Source of the DNA: Eledone cirrhosa
Taxonomy: Eukaryota
Assembly (NCBI GenBank): GCA_964016885.1
Contig: OZ024754.1
Span: 14,756,001 to 14,820,000 of the forward strand
Direction of reading: 5' to 3'
Length of the DNA stretch: 64,000 bases
Shown: one piece after another, positions 1-13,916 of the stretch
How positions within the stretch are numbered: position 1 is the first letter of the stretch
Layout of the letters: every line of letters starts with the position of its first letter
Notes under the pieces: generated by a model
Told to the model about the DNA's origin: nothing
Seen by the model: only the letters and a program-made list of their open reading frames with translations
Database searches by the model: none
Position numbers and translations under genes: made by a program

Positions 1-195
1 TATATTCTTTGAGAATCAGAGGCATGGAACCCAAGATTTGAAATTTCATCTGTAATAAATATTTCTGACACTCTATTTGCTTTTCAATACCGAGTAATCC
101 ATTTTAACTTCTTGTCTCCACTTAAGCTTTTATATTTAAGTGTTTACACCTACCACACCCAACACATACAAGCAGACACAAACACACACGCACAT

Positions 196-255
<60 letters not shown>

Positions 256-324
256 ATATATATATATATGTACATATGTATATATGGTTTCATATTTGTA
301 TGTGTGTATATATATATATATATA

Positions 325-517
325 GGAACGAGTAGGACCCCGACGGCTGAGCTCAAGCCGTTTCGACGGCTAATTCTGGACAGGAATTAGCCGTCGAAAC
401 GGCTTGAGCTCAGCCGTCGGGGTCCTACTCGTTCCTATTACCCACTCTACTACCCTAAGTATTGAGTACTTTGGTGCGTTATGGTTCACCTGGTTCCTTA
501 CCACATTTCCTTCGTTA
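325..517 (+). mobile_element. Short non-autonomous PLE-type element, family C (inverted arm plus tail) in (TA)n
   Basis: Arms 325-376 and 384-436 form an inverted repeat, followed by an ~80-nt unique tail. Contains the HHR 3' half CGAAAC-GGCT-tgagctc-AGCC-GTC. Same family at 50986-51422, 52460-52658 and 54064-54448. Confidence 0.75.
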
Positions 518-545
518 TATATATATATATGTGCGTGCGTCTATT

Positions 546-587
<42 letters not shown>

Positions 588-604
588 ATATATATGTATA
601 TATA

Positions 605-639
<35 letters not shown>

Positions 640-742
640 TGTATATATATATATAGGGCCTGGTTAATAATGTATACACGAAGGTCGATGACATTGATAT
701 ATACGAATGCACACTCACACACATACATACATACACACGCAG

Positions 743-854
<112 letters not shown>

Positions 855-1465
855 TGTGCGCGCGCGTGTATATATATATATAAAGAGGGAGAGAGGAAAG
901 AGGGAGATAAATGTACATATCTGTATTTACATATTATACATATTTAACATTCGTTTATATATGTCTCTATGTCTATATATGCCTGTATGTATGTATACGC
1001 CTTTGTGCTGTGTTGTGTGTGTGTGAAGTAAACAAATAGAAACACACACAAATACACACACACACACACATATAAACACACACAACAGACATGTACACAT
1101 ACACATACGTATCAAAACTCTCTCTCTATCTCTATTTGATCTAAACTTGCACTGAATTGGCATCAACCAGTGTTGATCAGTGTTGATCGTGTTGATCGTG
1201 TTGATCAGTCTACACACCTCCTTTGTGATTGTTCTAGCATGTTTGTTAATAATTTAGTCTGCGTAATTTGCCAGAACTGGTCGTCAACTTAAGCGAGTCG
1301 TTTTGTCAGTTCTGCTTTTACTGGCCAACATCACCCGCTTTCCAATAACATCCTCTCCTTTGACAGTCTAATGGGAATTGCGCTGGGGATTTCGGTTGGA
1401 ATTATAACAACAGCAATTATTAATTGGGAAATAACGTTTGTTTCTATACATACGTGCATATTAAT

Positions 1466-1527
<62 letters not shown>

Positions 1528-1588
1528 GTGTGTGCGTGTGTGTATTTATGTATATATATATATATGTGTGTGTGTGCGTGTGTGTATT

Positions 1589-1646
<58 letters not shown>

Positions 1647-1658
1647 CGTGTGTGTATT

Positions 1659-1694
<36 letters not shown>

Positions 1695-1706
1695 CGTGTG
1701 TGTATT

Positions 1707-1738
<32 letters not shown>

Positions 1739-1754
1739 CGTGTGTGTATTTATG

Positions 1755-1790
<36 letters not shown>

Positions 1791-1929
1791 TATATGTGTG
1801 TGAGTGAGTATATGTATGTATATAGTGAAGAATAAGTATGCATAATGCGTTTTTACAACAATTTATTCTGAAATTTTCCATTACAAATGTTTCAGTAGAT
1901 TTCAATACAATGTCCTAATTGGTCATTTA

Positions 1930-2557
1930 CCTGTATATAGTATATATCATGTATATATCATATAATATATATATAGTATATATAATGTATATAATATATA
2001 ATATATATATAGTATATATGATGTATATAATATATAATATATATATAGTATATATCATGTATATAATATATAATATATATATATAGTATATATAATGTAT
2101 ATTAATATATAATATATATATAGTATATATAATGTATATATCATATAATATATATATAGTATATATCATGTATATAATATATAATATATATATAGTATAT
2201 ATAATGTATATATCATATAATATATATATAGTATATATAATGTATATAATATATAATATATATATAGTATATATAATGTATATATCATATAATATATATA
2301 TAGTATAAATAATGTATATATCATATAGTATATATATAGTATTATATAATGTATATAATATATAATATATATATAGTATATATAATGTATATATCATATA
2401 ATATATATATAGTATAAATAATGTATATATCATATAGTATATATATAGTATATATAATGTATATAATATATAATATATATATAGTATATATCATGTATAT
2501 AATATATAATATATATATAGTATATATAATGTATATATCATATAATATATATATATA
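1930..2557. repeat. AT-rich ~42-bp minisatellite built from (TA)n
   Basis: Repeated unit of the type tagtatatataatgtatatatcatataatatatata. Confidence 0.85.
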
Positions 2558-2631
2558 GGAAATAAGATGGGAGTTAATAAAATGGAGTTGAAAAAATAAC
2601 AGATTCTTTTTCCCTTATATATATATATGTA

Positions 2632-2776
<145 letters not shown>

Positions 2777-3081
2777 AAGTATGTATACGTATATACATAT
2801 ATGTATACAGACGTACAGTAGTATATATATATACATGCACACATATATATATGTACGTATGGATTCACCGAACATTTATTATAATGCTCGGTGTGTTTGT
2901 AAACAAACATCCCAAATTAAGCCGTAGTGTCTAGCAACCATCGTTGCTCATTTTTTCAACACTGACAAAGGAACGCTGTACTAGTTTCAAGCTTATTAGC
3001 TATCGTCAGCAACGTATACCTTCCTGCCAGATGGTTGAACGCCTGAAAGTATATACTATCCTTATGCATATTAACGGCTGA
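2777..3081 (-). mobile_element. Family A HHR-bearing short element
   Basis: Near-identical to 4858-5241, 8327-8690 (opposite strand) and 44944-45507. HHR on the - strand at 2974-3014. Confidence 0.75.
2974..3014 (-). ncRNA. Minimal type I hammerhead ribozyme motif (family A)
   Basis: - strand reads CGUUG CUGACGA U AGCU aaua AGCU U GAAA CUAG UA CAGCG. Intact core, palindromic stem III ACUAGU, GUA triplet. Confidence 0.75.
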
Positions 3082-3246
3082 TACTTAAATTTATAAATTT
3101 AATTTATAATAAATTGGAGTGAAAGCAACTGGTGCGTGTGTTTCTTATTGGCAACATGACCCTCCCAAAGCATAACAATATCGGTTTCAACACACGTTTT
3201 CAGATAAAGAATCTTGCTAAACAAATTCAGAAACGAAATATAAATA

Positions 3247-3280
<34 letters not shown>

Positions 3281-3288
<8 letters not shown>

Positions 3289-3390
3289 GAGAAAAAAGAA
3301 GAATACTGCGTGGTTGCACATGGGTTACATATGATAAAATTAGTCCTTCGTCAGTGATTTGCCAACCATCATTGATATTTCGTCGCGTAC
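3281..3390 (-). mobile_element. Family P fragment (5'-truncated permuted HHR-like motif plus tail)
   Basis: - strand gcgacGAAAtatcaatgatggttggcaaatcaCTGACGAaggac...catatgtaacccatgtgcaacc matches 33960-34050. Confidence 0.6.
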
Positions 3391-3703
3391 GCGCATGTAT
3401 TATGTATTCATATATATATGTGTTTGTGTGTACATACATTCATACATACGTAAATACATACATATACACTTGTGCAGATACAAAAGCATATGCACATCCA
3501 CACATACAATAACATCCATATCTACACACACATGCAGACATACATATCTACCTAGTTGATGTTGTGTAAATTCCAATGAGAGAGTCTTGTGTCTATGTTA
3601 GAAACCGATTCTCTCTCTATTTGCAAGCATTTTTGTGAATTTATAAAACCAGAAGAACATACATACATATATACATACATACATACATACATACATACAT
3701 ACA

Positions 3704-3737
<34 letters not shown>

Positions 3738-3789
3738 AATACATACATACATACATACATACATACATACATACATACATACATACATA

Positions 3790-4158
3790 CATAAAACTGC
3801 CACCAAATTAAAGCACAACCGGCCTGATATTGTTGTTTGGGACCACACATTGAACACGTGTTCTGTTGTGGAGATCAGCTGCCCACTAGATGTAAACATT
3901 GTCAGAAAAATACAGGAGAAGGAGGACATCTACGGACCATTGATGAGGAGTTTATAAATCCAGTATCCAAGATACACCTTTAGCTTCATACTCATCATTA
4001 TTGGAGCTACGGGTTATATACCAACCCGCTTGGACCAATGTATAACTGAACTTGGATTTGCGGACAAAGAGCGCAGCTCCCTAATTCATAGTCTACAAAT
4101 GGCTGCGATAGCTGGCACCTTCAAAATTTGCAAAACATTCTTGCGATTCAAGGGATGA
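3790..4158 (+). pseudogene. 3' fragment of an R4/Dong-like non-LTR retrotransposon (restriction-like endonuclease domain)
   Basis: Manual translation KTATKLKHNRPDIVVWDHTLNTCSVVEISCPLDVNIVRKIQEKEDIY...IIIGATG...KICKTFLRFKG*. RPD..E..K RLE motif, one internal TAA at 3955. 5' end abuts (CATA)n. Confidence 0.8.
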
Positions 4159-4489
4159 CAATTTCTTTTCTTTTACAACCTTGCCACCAGGAAGGTGGCC
4201 GGTCAAAATTACTCGAAATTAAGAGAAAGAGATAACATACATATTGTTAGTGGTGAATGTTAACATACCTAGGTGTAGGTCTGTATTTGTGTACACAAGT
4301 ACAGTTAATCATATACGGCGTAGGTCTTTAGTCCTACATTTAACAGAAATAAGTATTTATAGATGGGCAGACAAATATTAATTAAATGAAAATATTATGA
4401 TTTACGAATGATGAGCAGCAACTCCTCACCCAGCTCTAAAAAAACCTGGTTTCCTTAACATTAAACTGTATTGTATATCTCATTCTCTT

Positions 4490-4571
<82 letters not shown>

Positions 4572-4671
4572 ATAGCTGTATGAGAAACGTAGTCATATGC
4601 ATAGACACGTGCACAAATACGTACACACATACATCTTTATATCTGTATATATATATATATATATATATATA

Positions 4672-4851
4672 CGATATTAACAAATGGAAAGTATATTTAT
4701 AAAACCATATTTATTTCATTATACATATTTCAAGGACACCAAGTTAAATTATGGTGTGCTTTCATCAGATAAAATATAATATAGATTAGTTTTATAAATA
4801 AATATTGACATACCCTTAAAGAATGCAAACTTTACTGTTGGAAGCTCCCGG
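4672..4851 (-). mobile_element. Family E HHR-bearing short element
   Basis: - strand tattttat CTGATGA aagcacacc...ggtgtcctt GAAA tatgta TA atgaaata (about 4711-4776). Related to copies at 14650, 17758, 18750, 51960 and 54480. Confidence 0.7.
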
Positions 4852-4857
4852 ATATAT

Positions 4858-5241
4858 AAATGGAAAAAATGAAACGAAATTTCATTTCTCACTCTTAGTA
4901 CGGCTGTTACTTAAATATAAGTATGTATACGTACATACATATATGTATACAGACGTACAGTAGTATGTATATATATACATACATGCACACATATATATAT
5001 ATGTACGTATGGATTCACCGAACATTTATTATAATGCTTGGTGTGTTTGTTAACAAACATCCCGAATTAAGCTGCACAGTGTCTAGCAACCATCGTTGCT
5101 CGTATGTTCAACACTGACTAAGGAACGATGTACTAGTTTCAAGCTTATTAGCTATCGTCAGCACCGTATACCTTCCTGCCAGATGATTGAACGTCTTAAT
5201 ATGCATAAGGAAAGTATATACTTTCAGACGTTCAATCATCT
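4858..5241 (-). mobile_element. Family A element with a short inverted segment
   Basis: HHR at 5126-5166 (-) with stem I CGGUG/CAUCG. Inverted repeat cagatgattgaacgtct/agacgttcaatcatctg at 5180-5241. Confidence 0.75.
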
Positions 5242-5277
5242 GTTGAAAATTGCAAACTTGACTGTCACCACCCAATA

Positions 5278-5316
5278 TGAACCTGAAGATTGCGAAAGCA
5301 TGAAAGTACTTGTTCA
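5278..5316 (+). ncRNA. Minimal hammerhead motif, family H (element 5242-5430)
   Basis: UGAAC CUGAAGA U UGC gaaa GCA U GAAA GUAC UU GUUCA. Palindromic stem III AGUACU. Second copy on the - strand at 13590-13628. Confidence 0.75.
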
Positions 5317-5471
5317 ATTAACACTTAACATTTAATATTCTACCATACTATTTCATTCTAATACCATTATAAATTCTAAAGGATTGTAAATAAAACGAGT
5401 AAATCAGACAAAGTTGGAATTCCTTTTATTAATATAATCTTCTATACACAATCATACACACCCGTGTATAT

Positions 5472-5535
<64 letters not shown>

Positions 5536-5574
5536 GTATGTATGTATGTATGTGTGTGTGTATGTGAGTGTGTA

Positions 5575-5740
5575 GGGGTCAACCAGGGATAACCACAGTT
5601 AGTAAGGTACTAAATACATAGTAGAGTGTATATAAGATTTAATATAGAAATGGCTTCTACAGGTCTAGAACTGTTTCAATCGGTTTCCTTCGAATGAAAC
5701 AGTTCTAGTCCTGTAGAAGCCATTTCTATATTAAATATTA
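5575..5740 (-). mobile_element. Family B palindromic short element
   Basis: Tail ggataaccacagttagtaaggtact plus inverted arms about 5637-5679 and 5694-5737 containing gaaacagttctagtcctgtagaa. Confidence 0.7.
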
Positions 5741-5794
5741 TATATATATACATACACACACACATATATATATATATGTGTGTGTGTGTGTATA

Positions 5795-6223
5795 GTCAAT
5801 GGCCATCCAAAATCACCGGGAGAGATGACCCCTTAGCCTTTGTCAAGGCAGAATTCTAGAAGGAAAACTCTGATATAACACCTGCAACCCTGATGGTATC
5901 CAATGATGTTGACTTGTTCTTCTTTTTGGTAAATATCATCTTGGTTAAGAGAGTGGGACTGGCTTTGTGCAGTGCCTTTGCTCACTATAAAAGCTTCACG
6001 GCACAGGCATTGCTCTATATCTGGAGATCTCTCTGCACTTGTCGTTAAATGGTACGATGGGCCCAGCACTATGTCTCAATAATTGTCACAAGTGTAGTGT
6101 TTGTACCAGAGTTTTCAAGTCGCTGGCTGGACTAAAAAGTCACACTTGTTCAGCGCATCGGTAGGGGTTCTCCTACATGGATATAAAGTAGTGGCCGTAC
6201 TCGAAAACGAGTTGGCAGCCACC
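5795..6223 (+). mobile_element. Bipartite non-autonomous RTE-derived element (family L), 5'-truncated
   Basis: RTE-type 5'UTR motif agaaggaaaactctga joined to a 3' C2H2-like remnant (CSVCTRVFKSLAGLKSH) and a (TA)n tail. Copies at 38728-39090 and 49826-50400. Confidence 0.65.
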
Positions 6224-6253
6224 ATATATATATATATGTATATATATATAAAG

Positions 6254-6285
<32 letters not shown>

Positions 6286-6402
6286 ACTTATGTATATACA
6301 CACACACAAAACAACATTGTGTGTAAGTAGCAAATTTATCGGACTTTTTCTCTCTTTCTCCCACTCTCTCCCTCTCTCTCTCCCTCACTCTCTATCTCCG
6401 AT

Positions 6403-6440
<38 letters not shown>

Positions 6441-6895
6441 AATATCGTTTTAAAAAAAAAACAACATAAAAAAGTTATAAAGATAGGTGGAAAAGTTAAA
6501 CAGCTGAAAATACAGTAATTTATTATACAAGCAATACAAAGGGCTATGTATCACCGCCTTGAAAGAATTTTCCAAAAAGGCATGTTTACAAAATCATATC
6601 ATGCTAAAAATAACAATTACACTAGGAGCAAATTATTCATTGAAATCAACACCAAATACAATTAATACATTAAATGCTGATTTACGGACGTTTCAACCCC
6701 TTCCTCGGACTTTTCAAAACCAATTATTCAATAATAAATCCTCATTATAATCTCATCAAAGCAATCAACAGCCAGCAGTTACAGAAAATGTTTAAATAAA
6801 AGAAAAAATTGGAAATGACATATAGGCTAATGCCTATATATATATATACATTCTCGGTCCACATACCACATCAAAAATATATCTTTTGTCGCATA

Positions 6896-6992
6896 ATCAG
6901 TATGAGGAGCAGATCGATACTAGAGTCGGGTCCATAACTCCTATGGGTCATCTTGAGTTGAGCCAATCCTCTGCGAAACACGCGTAACAGGT
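6896..6992 (+). ncRNA. Degenerate hammerhead motif with long stem II
   Basis: atcagt ATGAGGA gcaga...tctgc GAAA cacgcg TA acaggt. C3 is mutated to A. Confidence 0.4.
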
Positions 6993-8236
6993 CGATACGC
7001 AATAAATATTTCTGCTCAAAAGTCACGTTTTCTTTTTATTTAACTGTTTATAAACGAAACCAACTGTATATTCACCAATGCAATAATGTAACTATGTAAT
7101 CCCATACTCAATATTGTAACACATTAGAACATGTTTTTGTCTCATTCCACAGAATCTATCAGCTTCCGATTAAATTTACTCACACACCTTCTTCTCTACA
7201 TGCTTATATATACTTTTAATTCTCATGTGTAACAAACGACATAATTATTACATACGACACATTGTTCTCCGTGATTTAGGAAGTGTTATTGTAGCAAAAT
7301 AATGCTACTGGCAGTATTGGGTTTCTATAATATTCCCAAATTAATTTAAATATAAGCAAACTCATTAAAAACGTGTTAAACCATTAAAATAGTGTCGGTG
7401 TCATGCACTTTATACTATGTTATCCCAGTTTTGTGTATCCATTTCTTCTTTAAAAAGTTTATGAGCAGGAAGGTGCTTTGCATGTTTATATATATATATA
7501 TGTGTGTGGGGGAGGGGGGTGTATGTGGGGGGGGGGGGGGGGGGGGGTGATTATAAGTTAAAGCCTGCAGTTAAAATATGGGCTACAAAGGAAGGAATTC
7601 CAAATGATTGATACCCTGGATATGATGGGACTAAGGAGAAGAGGTTACTTCGATTGTCATCCATGAACGTAGCATGCCGTATTTTTTCGTTTATTGTTCG
7701 CATTTGTGTATAACGTGCACCCCTTTTGGACCAGAACAATGTTTCGAAAAACTGTTTTAGGAATCTGCTGCCGGACGTTCAAGTTAGAGAACATTGGCGA
7801 ATGCAAAGATAGAAAGACAGAATAAACACATACATGGCTTTGTAGAAACTGCGGAACTCACTGTAATTCCAGACATAGATGAAACAACACTTATACAGTA
7901 TCAGTAAAACTTTATTACATAATATTGTATTAGAAAAGGTACGATTGAAGTCAAAAGGTAGTGAGAGTTGGTTGATTCTTGATACAGACTCCTGTCTTCT
8001 GCTGACTGTTTTCTCAGGAACAGGTCTGAAAATAAGCTGGAAACATTTAGCTATGGCGTACACTGTCCACCCTCCAAAACAAACAAGGAAAAAAAATGAA
8101 AAAACTGTGCTGTATTCATGGAAGAATACGATAATAGGGACGAGGAAATGGGAAAATAAGGGAATCATTTGGATCTGTGTGGAGTTCAAAACAAAACAAA
8201 ACGAGTGATCGAAGTATTCTTCCTTAACTGGACTCG

Positions 8237-8313
<77 letters not shown>

Positions 8314-8326
8314 TATATATATATAC

Positions 8327-8690
8327 TCAGCCGTTAATATGCATAAGGAAAGTATATACGTTCAACAATCTGGCAGGAAGGTATACGTTGCTGACGATAG
8401 CTAATAAGCTTGAAACTAGTACAGCGTTCCTTTGTCAGTGTTGAACAAACGAGCAACGATGGTTGCTGGACACTACGGCTTAATACGGGATGTTTGTTTA
8501 CAAACACACTGAGCATTATAATAGATGTTCGGTGAATCCATACGTACATATATATATGTGTGCATGTATGTATATATATATATACATACTACTGTACGTC
8601 TGTATACATATATGTATGTATGTGTACATACTTATATTTAAGTAACAGCCGTACTAAGAGTGGGAAATGAAATTTCGTTTCATTTTTATA
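8327..8690 (+). mobile_element. Family A element, HHR at 8386-8426 (+)
   Basis: CGTTG CTGACGA TAGCTAATAAGCTT GAAA CTAG TA CAGCG. Flanked by (TA)n on both sides. Confidence 0.8.
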
Positions 8691-8793
8691 TATATATATA
8701 AAGTATATATTGAGTTAGAAACTCAAAGTAGTCCCTTACATTTAAATAGCTCAAGGAAAAGATTTTTCCGGGCCTTGTAATATAATTCAATAT

Positions 8794-9171
8794 AATAATT
8801 GTTTCTACTTTTGGCACAAGGCCACCAATTACCCAGTGCATTACTGGTACTTTATTTTATCGAGCCCGTAAGGATGAAAGGCAAAGTTAACCTCGGCGAT
8901 ATTTGAACTCAGAATGGCAAGGGCCGTAACTCTATACGTCAAAGCATGGCGTCCGACCCTCTACCAAAACTGCCAATCCACCTATAATAATTGTTTCTAC
9001 TTTTGGCACAAGGCCAGCAATTACCCAGTGCATTACTGGTACTTTATTTTATCGACCCCGTAAGGATGAAAGGCAAAGTTAACCTATTTGAACTCAGAAT
9101 GGCAAGGGCCGTAACTCTATACGTCAAATCATGGCGTCCGACCCTCTACCAAAACTGCCAATCCACCGCCC
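8794..9171 (-). mobile_element. Two tandem copies of tRNA-headed SINE family 1
   Basis: Sense reads ggcggtggattggcag (A box)...gagttcaaat (B box)...gcctttcatccttacggggtcgataaaataaagtaccagt...gaaacaatta. Confidence 0.85.
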
Positions 9172-9194
9172 TATAATAATCCACCGTCACCTAT

Positions 9195-10041
<847 letters not shown>

Positions 10042-10045
<4 letters not shown>

Positions 10046-10312
10046 AAAGAATAGAGGTGTAACACACAAGTTATTATATATTGGTAAACGGAATAGAAAA
10101 TGCTGACAAATTGTTCACAGTTGAAAAATGGTTTAATTAGGAATAAAAGAGTATTAGTGATTGTATGGGTTAGTATTCAGTTGTGGTTTTAAGTTTTTAC
10201 TTAAAACCACAACTGAATACTAACCCATACAATCACTAATACTCTTTTATTCCTAATTAAACCATTTTTCAACTGTGAACAATTTGTCAGCATTTTCTAT
10301 TCCGTTTACCAA
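10042..10312. mobile_element. Family F palindromic element
   Basis: Near-perfect ~115-bp arms 10079-10194 and 10199-10313. Arm sequence shared with 27960-28185 and 30945-31205. Confidence 0.7.
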
Positions 10313-10344
10313 TATATATATATATATATATATATAAATATATA

Positions 10345-10420
10345 GAGAGTCTTTCCTGATGATTTCTTTCCAATGAAACAGTTCTAGCCTTGTAGGAGCC
10401 ATTTCTATATTAAATGTTGT
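10345..10420 (+). mobile_element. Family B fragment with degenerate HHR
   Basis: ttcCTGATGAtttctttccaatGAAAcagttctagccttGTAggagcc. Confidence 0.55.
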
Positions 10421-10639
10421 ATATATCTTAACTATAATAAAGAAAGGAGTGCGGGACTGCATCCAGAATATATATTCTTTTACCCCGTTTGTAAAATAAG
10501 TTGGATTACTTTAAATAAATAATGAATGAATATTATATAATTTATCTACTAAATTTCGTGGCTGTTGATTGAATATATTTTATAGCTTATTTAAAGATTC
10601 ACTTCTTTAAAATTGTCAAATGTCAACACTTCCGGTTAG

Positions 10640-10832
10640 CGGCCGTTGTGGATTGGCAGTATCGGTAGAGGGTCGGACGCCATGCTTTCCAGCATAGTTA
10701 CGTCCCTTTACGATCTGAGTTCAAATCCCGCCAAGGTTAACTTTGCCTTTCATCCTTACGGGGTCGATAAAATAAAGTACCAGTAATGTACTGGTTAATT
10801 GCTGGCCTTGTGCCAAAATTAGAAACAGTTAT
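10640..10832 (+). mobile_element. SINE family 1, full length
   Basis: A box tggcagtatcgg, B box gagttcaaatcc, conserved body. A partial - strand copy follows at 10895-10975. Confidence 0.85.
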
Positions 10833-11838
10833 ATAATAAAACTTATAATCGCATATATTTCCGTCGCTAATTTTCTCCTAATGCAGTTTATATATAATTG
10901 TTTCTACTTTTGGCACAAGGCCAGCAATTACCCAGTGTATTACTGGTACTTCATTTTATCGACCCCGTAAGGACGAATATATAATATCGTCTTCTTTTAA
11001 TGTATCATGGATTACGTTACTGATTACAGAAGACAGTGTAACACAGTCTTCGTTCAATTTGTGTGTATAATGTCAATTACGATTTTCTTTACATGAATAT
11101 ATATTTGTGTATAATATCAATATACACACTACACATGCTAGCAGAAAACCACCTGAAGGGTGGTTTTTCTGCTAGTTCTACTAATGTATTGAGTACCTTA
11201 CTTACTGTAGTTACACCGATTGAACCCGGGGTTCTCTCTCTCTCTCTCCCCTCTCTTTCTCTCTCTCTCCCTCTCTCTCTCTCTCACACACACACACTTA
11301 TATATGCATGTGCGTATGGATATTAATGGATATTCATAGATATTCATAGATATTCATGGATATTTATGTAACTATGACTTCATGTATGTTTTGTCGGTGC
11401 GTATAGACGAGTTTGTGTTGAACCAAAGTACAAGTTACAGGGATATAAGCAACTGTTACTAGTATAAGATGTCGGAAGACTTAGAAAAAAACTGCAACTT
11501 CGCCAAGGAATCCCGCCAATATTTTGGTAAGGAGTTCTCATTTCGGCGCCAGAACTATATCGCTACCCCAAACACCCTCGTGGCATCGATACCATCTTCA
11601 GCCGCTCTCCAGTATTCTTCATTACACACTGTTTATCTTCCATGCCGCATATTCTTGAAAAAATACCATATATATACGTACATACATACATACATACATA
11701 TATATACATATATACATTCATACATATATATATTCTTAAATACATACATAACTACATACATATATACATATACATGTATACATACATACGTACATGCATA
11801 CATACATAGATATATACATACATGCATACATACATACA

Positions 11839-11871
<33 letters not shown>

Positions 11872-12347
11872 GCCAAAATACATATATATATGCATAAATA
11901 CATACATACATACATACATATATAATACAAATACGTACGTACATATATATACGTACATACATGCATACATACATACATACATACATATATACATATACAT
12001 ATATATACATACATACGTACATGCATACATACATACATACATAGATATATACATACATGCATACATACATACATAAATACATACATATATGCATAAATAC
12101 ATACATATATGCATAAATACATACATACATATATACATACAAATACGTACGTACATATATATACGTACATACATGCATACATACATGCATACATACATAT
12201 ATACATGCATGCATATATACATACATATATACAAACACTGATATATGAATATATGCAGAGGTGTATAGTTATGTATAGTTTTGTACACGTACACATAAGC
12301 ACACACACAAACATAAATGTTTATTTAAGAGCAAAATAAAACGCCAC

Positions 12348-12453
<106 letters not shown>

Positions 12454-12475
12454 TATATATATATGTATACATATG

Positions 12476-12506
<31 letters not shown>

Positions 12507-12524
12507 CTGTATATATATAAACAT

Positions 12525-12559
<35 letters not shown>

Positions 12560-12564
12560 AACTT

Positions 12565-12620
<56 letters not shown>

Positions 12621-12786
12621 GATGGGTGTTTACAATTGTTAGAGCTACTGTTTAGTTTGGCTCTTTGCATTCACTTCATTATTCCCAACTTGCATTGTTC
12701 AGGTTTGCAAAAACAATTTAAACTATATGCCACAATACTTCTCATAATCTACACTACACACACAGACACACACACACACACATGTA

Positions 12787-12866
<80 letters not shown>

Positions 12867-12929
12867 CGTGTGCATGCGTGGGTGTGTGTGTGTATATATA
12901 CACATTCACACACATACACACACACACAC

Positions 12930-12978
<49 letters not shown>

Positions 12979-13011
12979 CATACGTATATATATATATAAA
13001 TATGGAATGTT

Positions 13012-13290
13012 ATACTTGGGGAGGGTCATATTGTTGTAATAATATTGCCAGAATTAATAACCGAACACACTCACTGTTTGGTTGGTTTTCGCTTCTGTAT
13101 CTTTTATATCAGTTAATTCATTCGGTCCTCAATGCTTACCATTGACTGACCAACGGTCAAAAATACAGATATAGTATAAACACATATACAGTATATAGTC
13201 TAACAAAGTTCTTTCGTTGCACATCTGCAACATTGTCAGTGGTGCTATTATGTTCCTCCTGTTGTATTGTATATCGACGCCATCTTTATT
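13012..13290 (-). mobile_element. Solo 3' end (pLTR) of the PLE at 45568-47402 (family I)
   Basis: Closely matches 45568-45855. HHR-like CTGACAA t gttgca gatg tgcaac GAAA gaac TT at about 13200-13245 (-). Embedded in (TA)n. Confidence 0.75.
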
Positions 13291-13408
13291 TTTATCTGTA
13301 TATATATATATGTATATACATATATATATTTATATACATATATATGTATATACATATATGTATATACATATATATGTATATACATATATACATATATATA
13401 TCTGTATA

Positions 13409-13467
<59 letters not shown>

Positions 13468-13474
13468 ATTATTA

Positions 13475-13665
13475 TTATTAAAAGGAATTCCAACTTTGTC
13501 TGATTCACTCGTTTTATTTACAATCCTTTAAAATTATAATGATATTATAATGAAATAGTTTGGTAGAATATTAAATGTTAAGTGTTAATTGAACAAGTAC
13601 TTTCATGCTTTCGCAATCTTCAGGTTCATATTCAGTGGTGACAGTCAAGTTTGTAATTTTTAACT
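13475..13665 (-). mobile_element. Family H element, HHR at 13590-13628 (-)
   Basis: Reverse complement of 5242-5430. Confidence 0.7.
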
Positions 13666-13916
13666 GTAATGAGATGGCTAAAATCTGTGCCTTATATACA
13701 GTAAAAGGGGGCTACAGAATGTTGCTCCTCAGTAGTTGTTGAGAACTTAGTGATCCTTTCACTTCTAAAAATATTAGAGAATGAATTGTGTACAATATGA
13801 ATTATTGCCCGTGTCACTCGGAATCCAGCTTGTCTCGAAATTCCCTGCCGCTAAAAATAGCAGCCTTTATGACAGGACAATAAAAACTAGCTCTACATGA
13901 TGGAGCCGACAAATAT

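Noticed and set aside
1340-1445. Possible exon after a ttgacag acceptor ([12 protein letters not shown]...)
   Set aside because: No recognisable motif or donor; the frame runs into (TA)n.
6680-6722. Further U3-A8 hammerhead on the - strand
   Set aside because: Core words are present but stems I and II do not pair convincingly.
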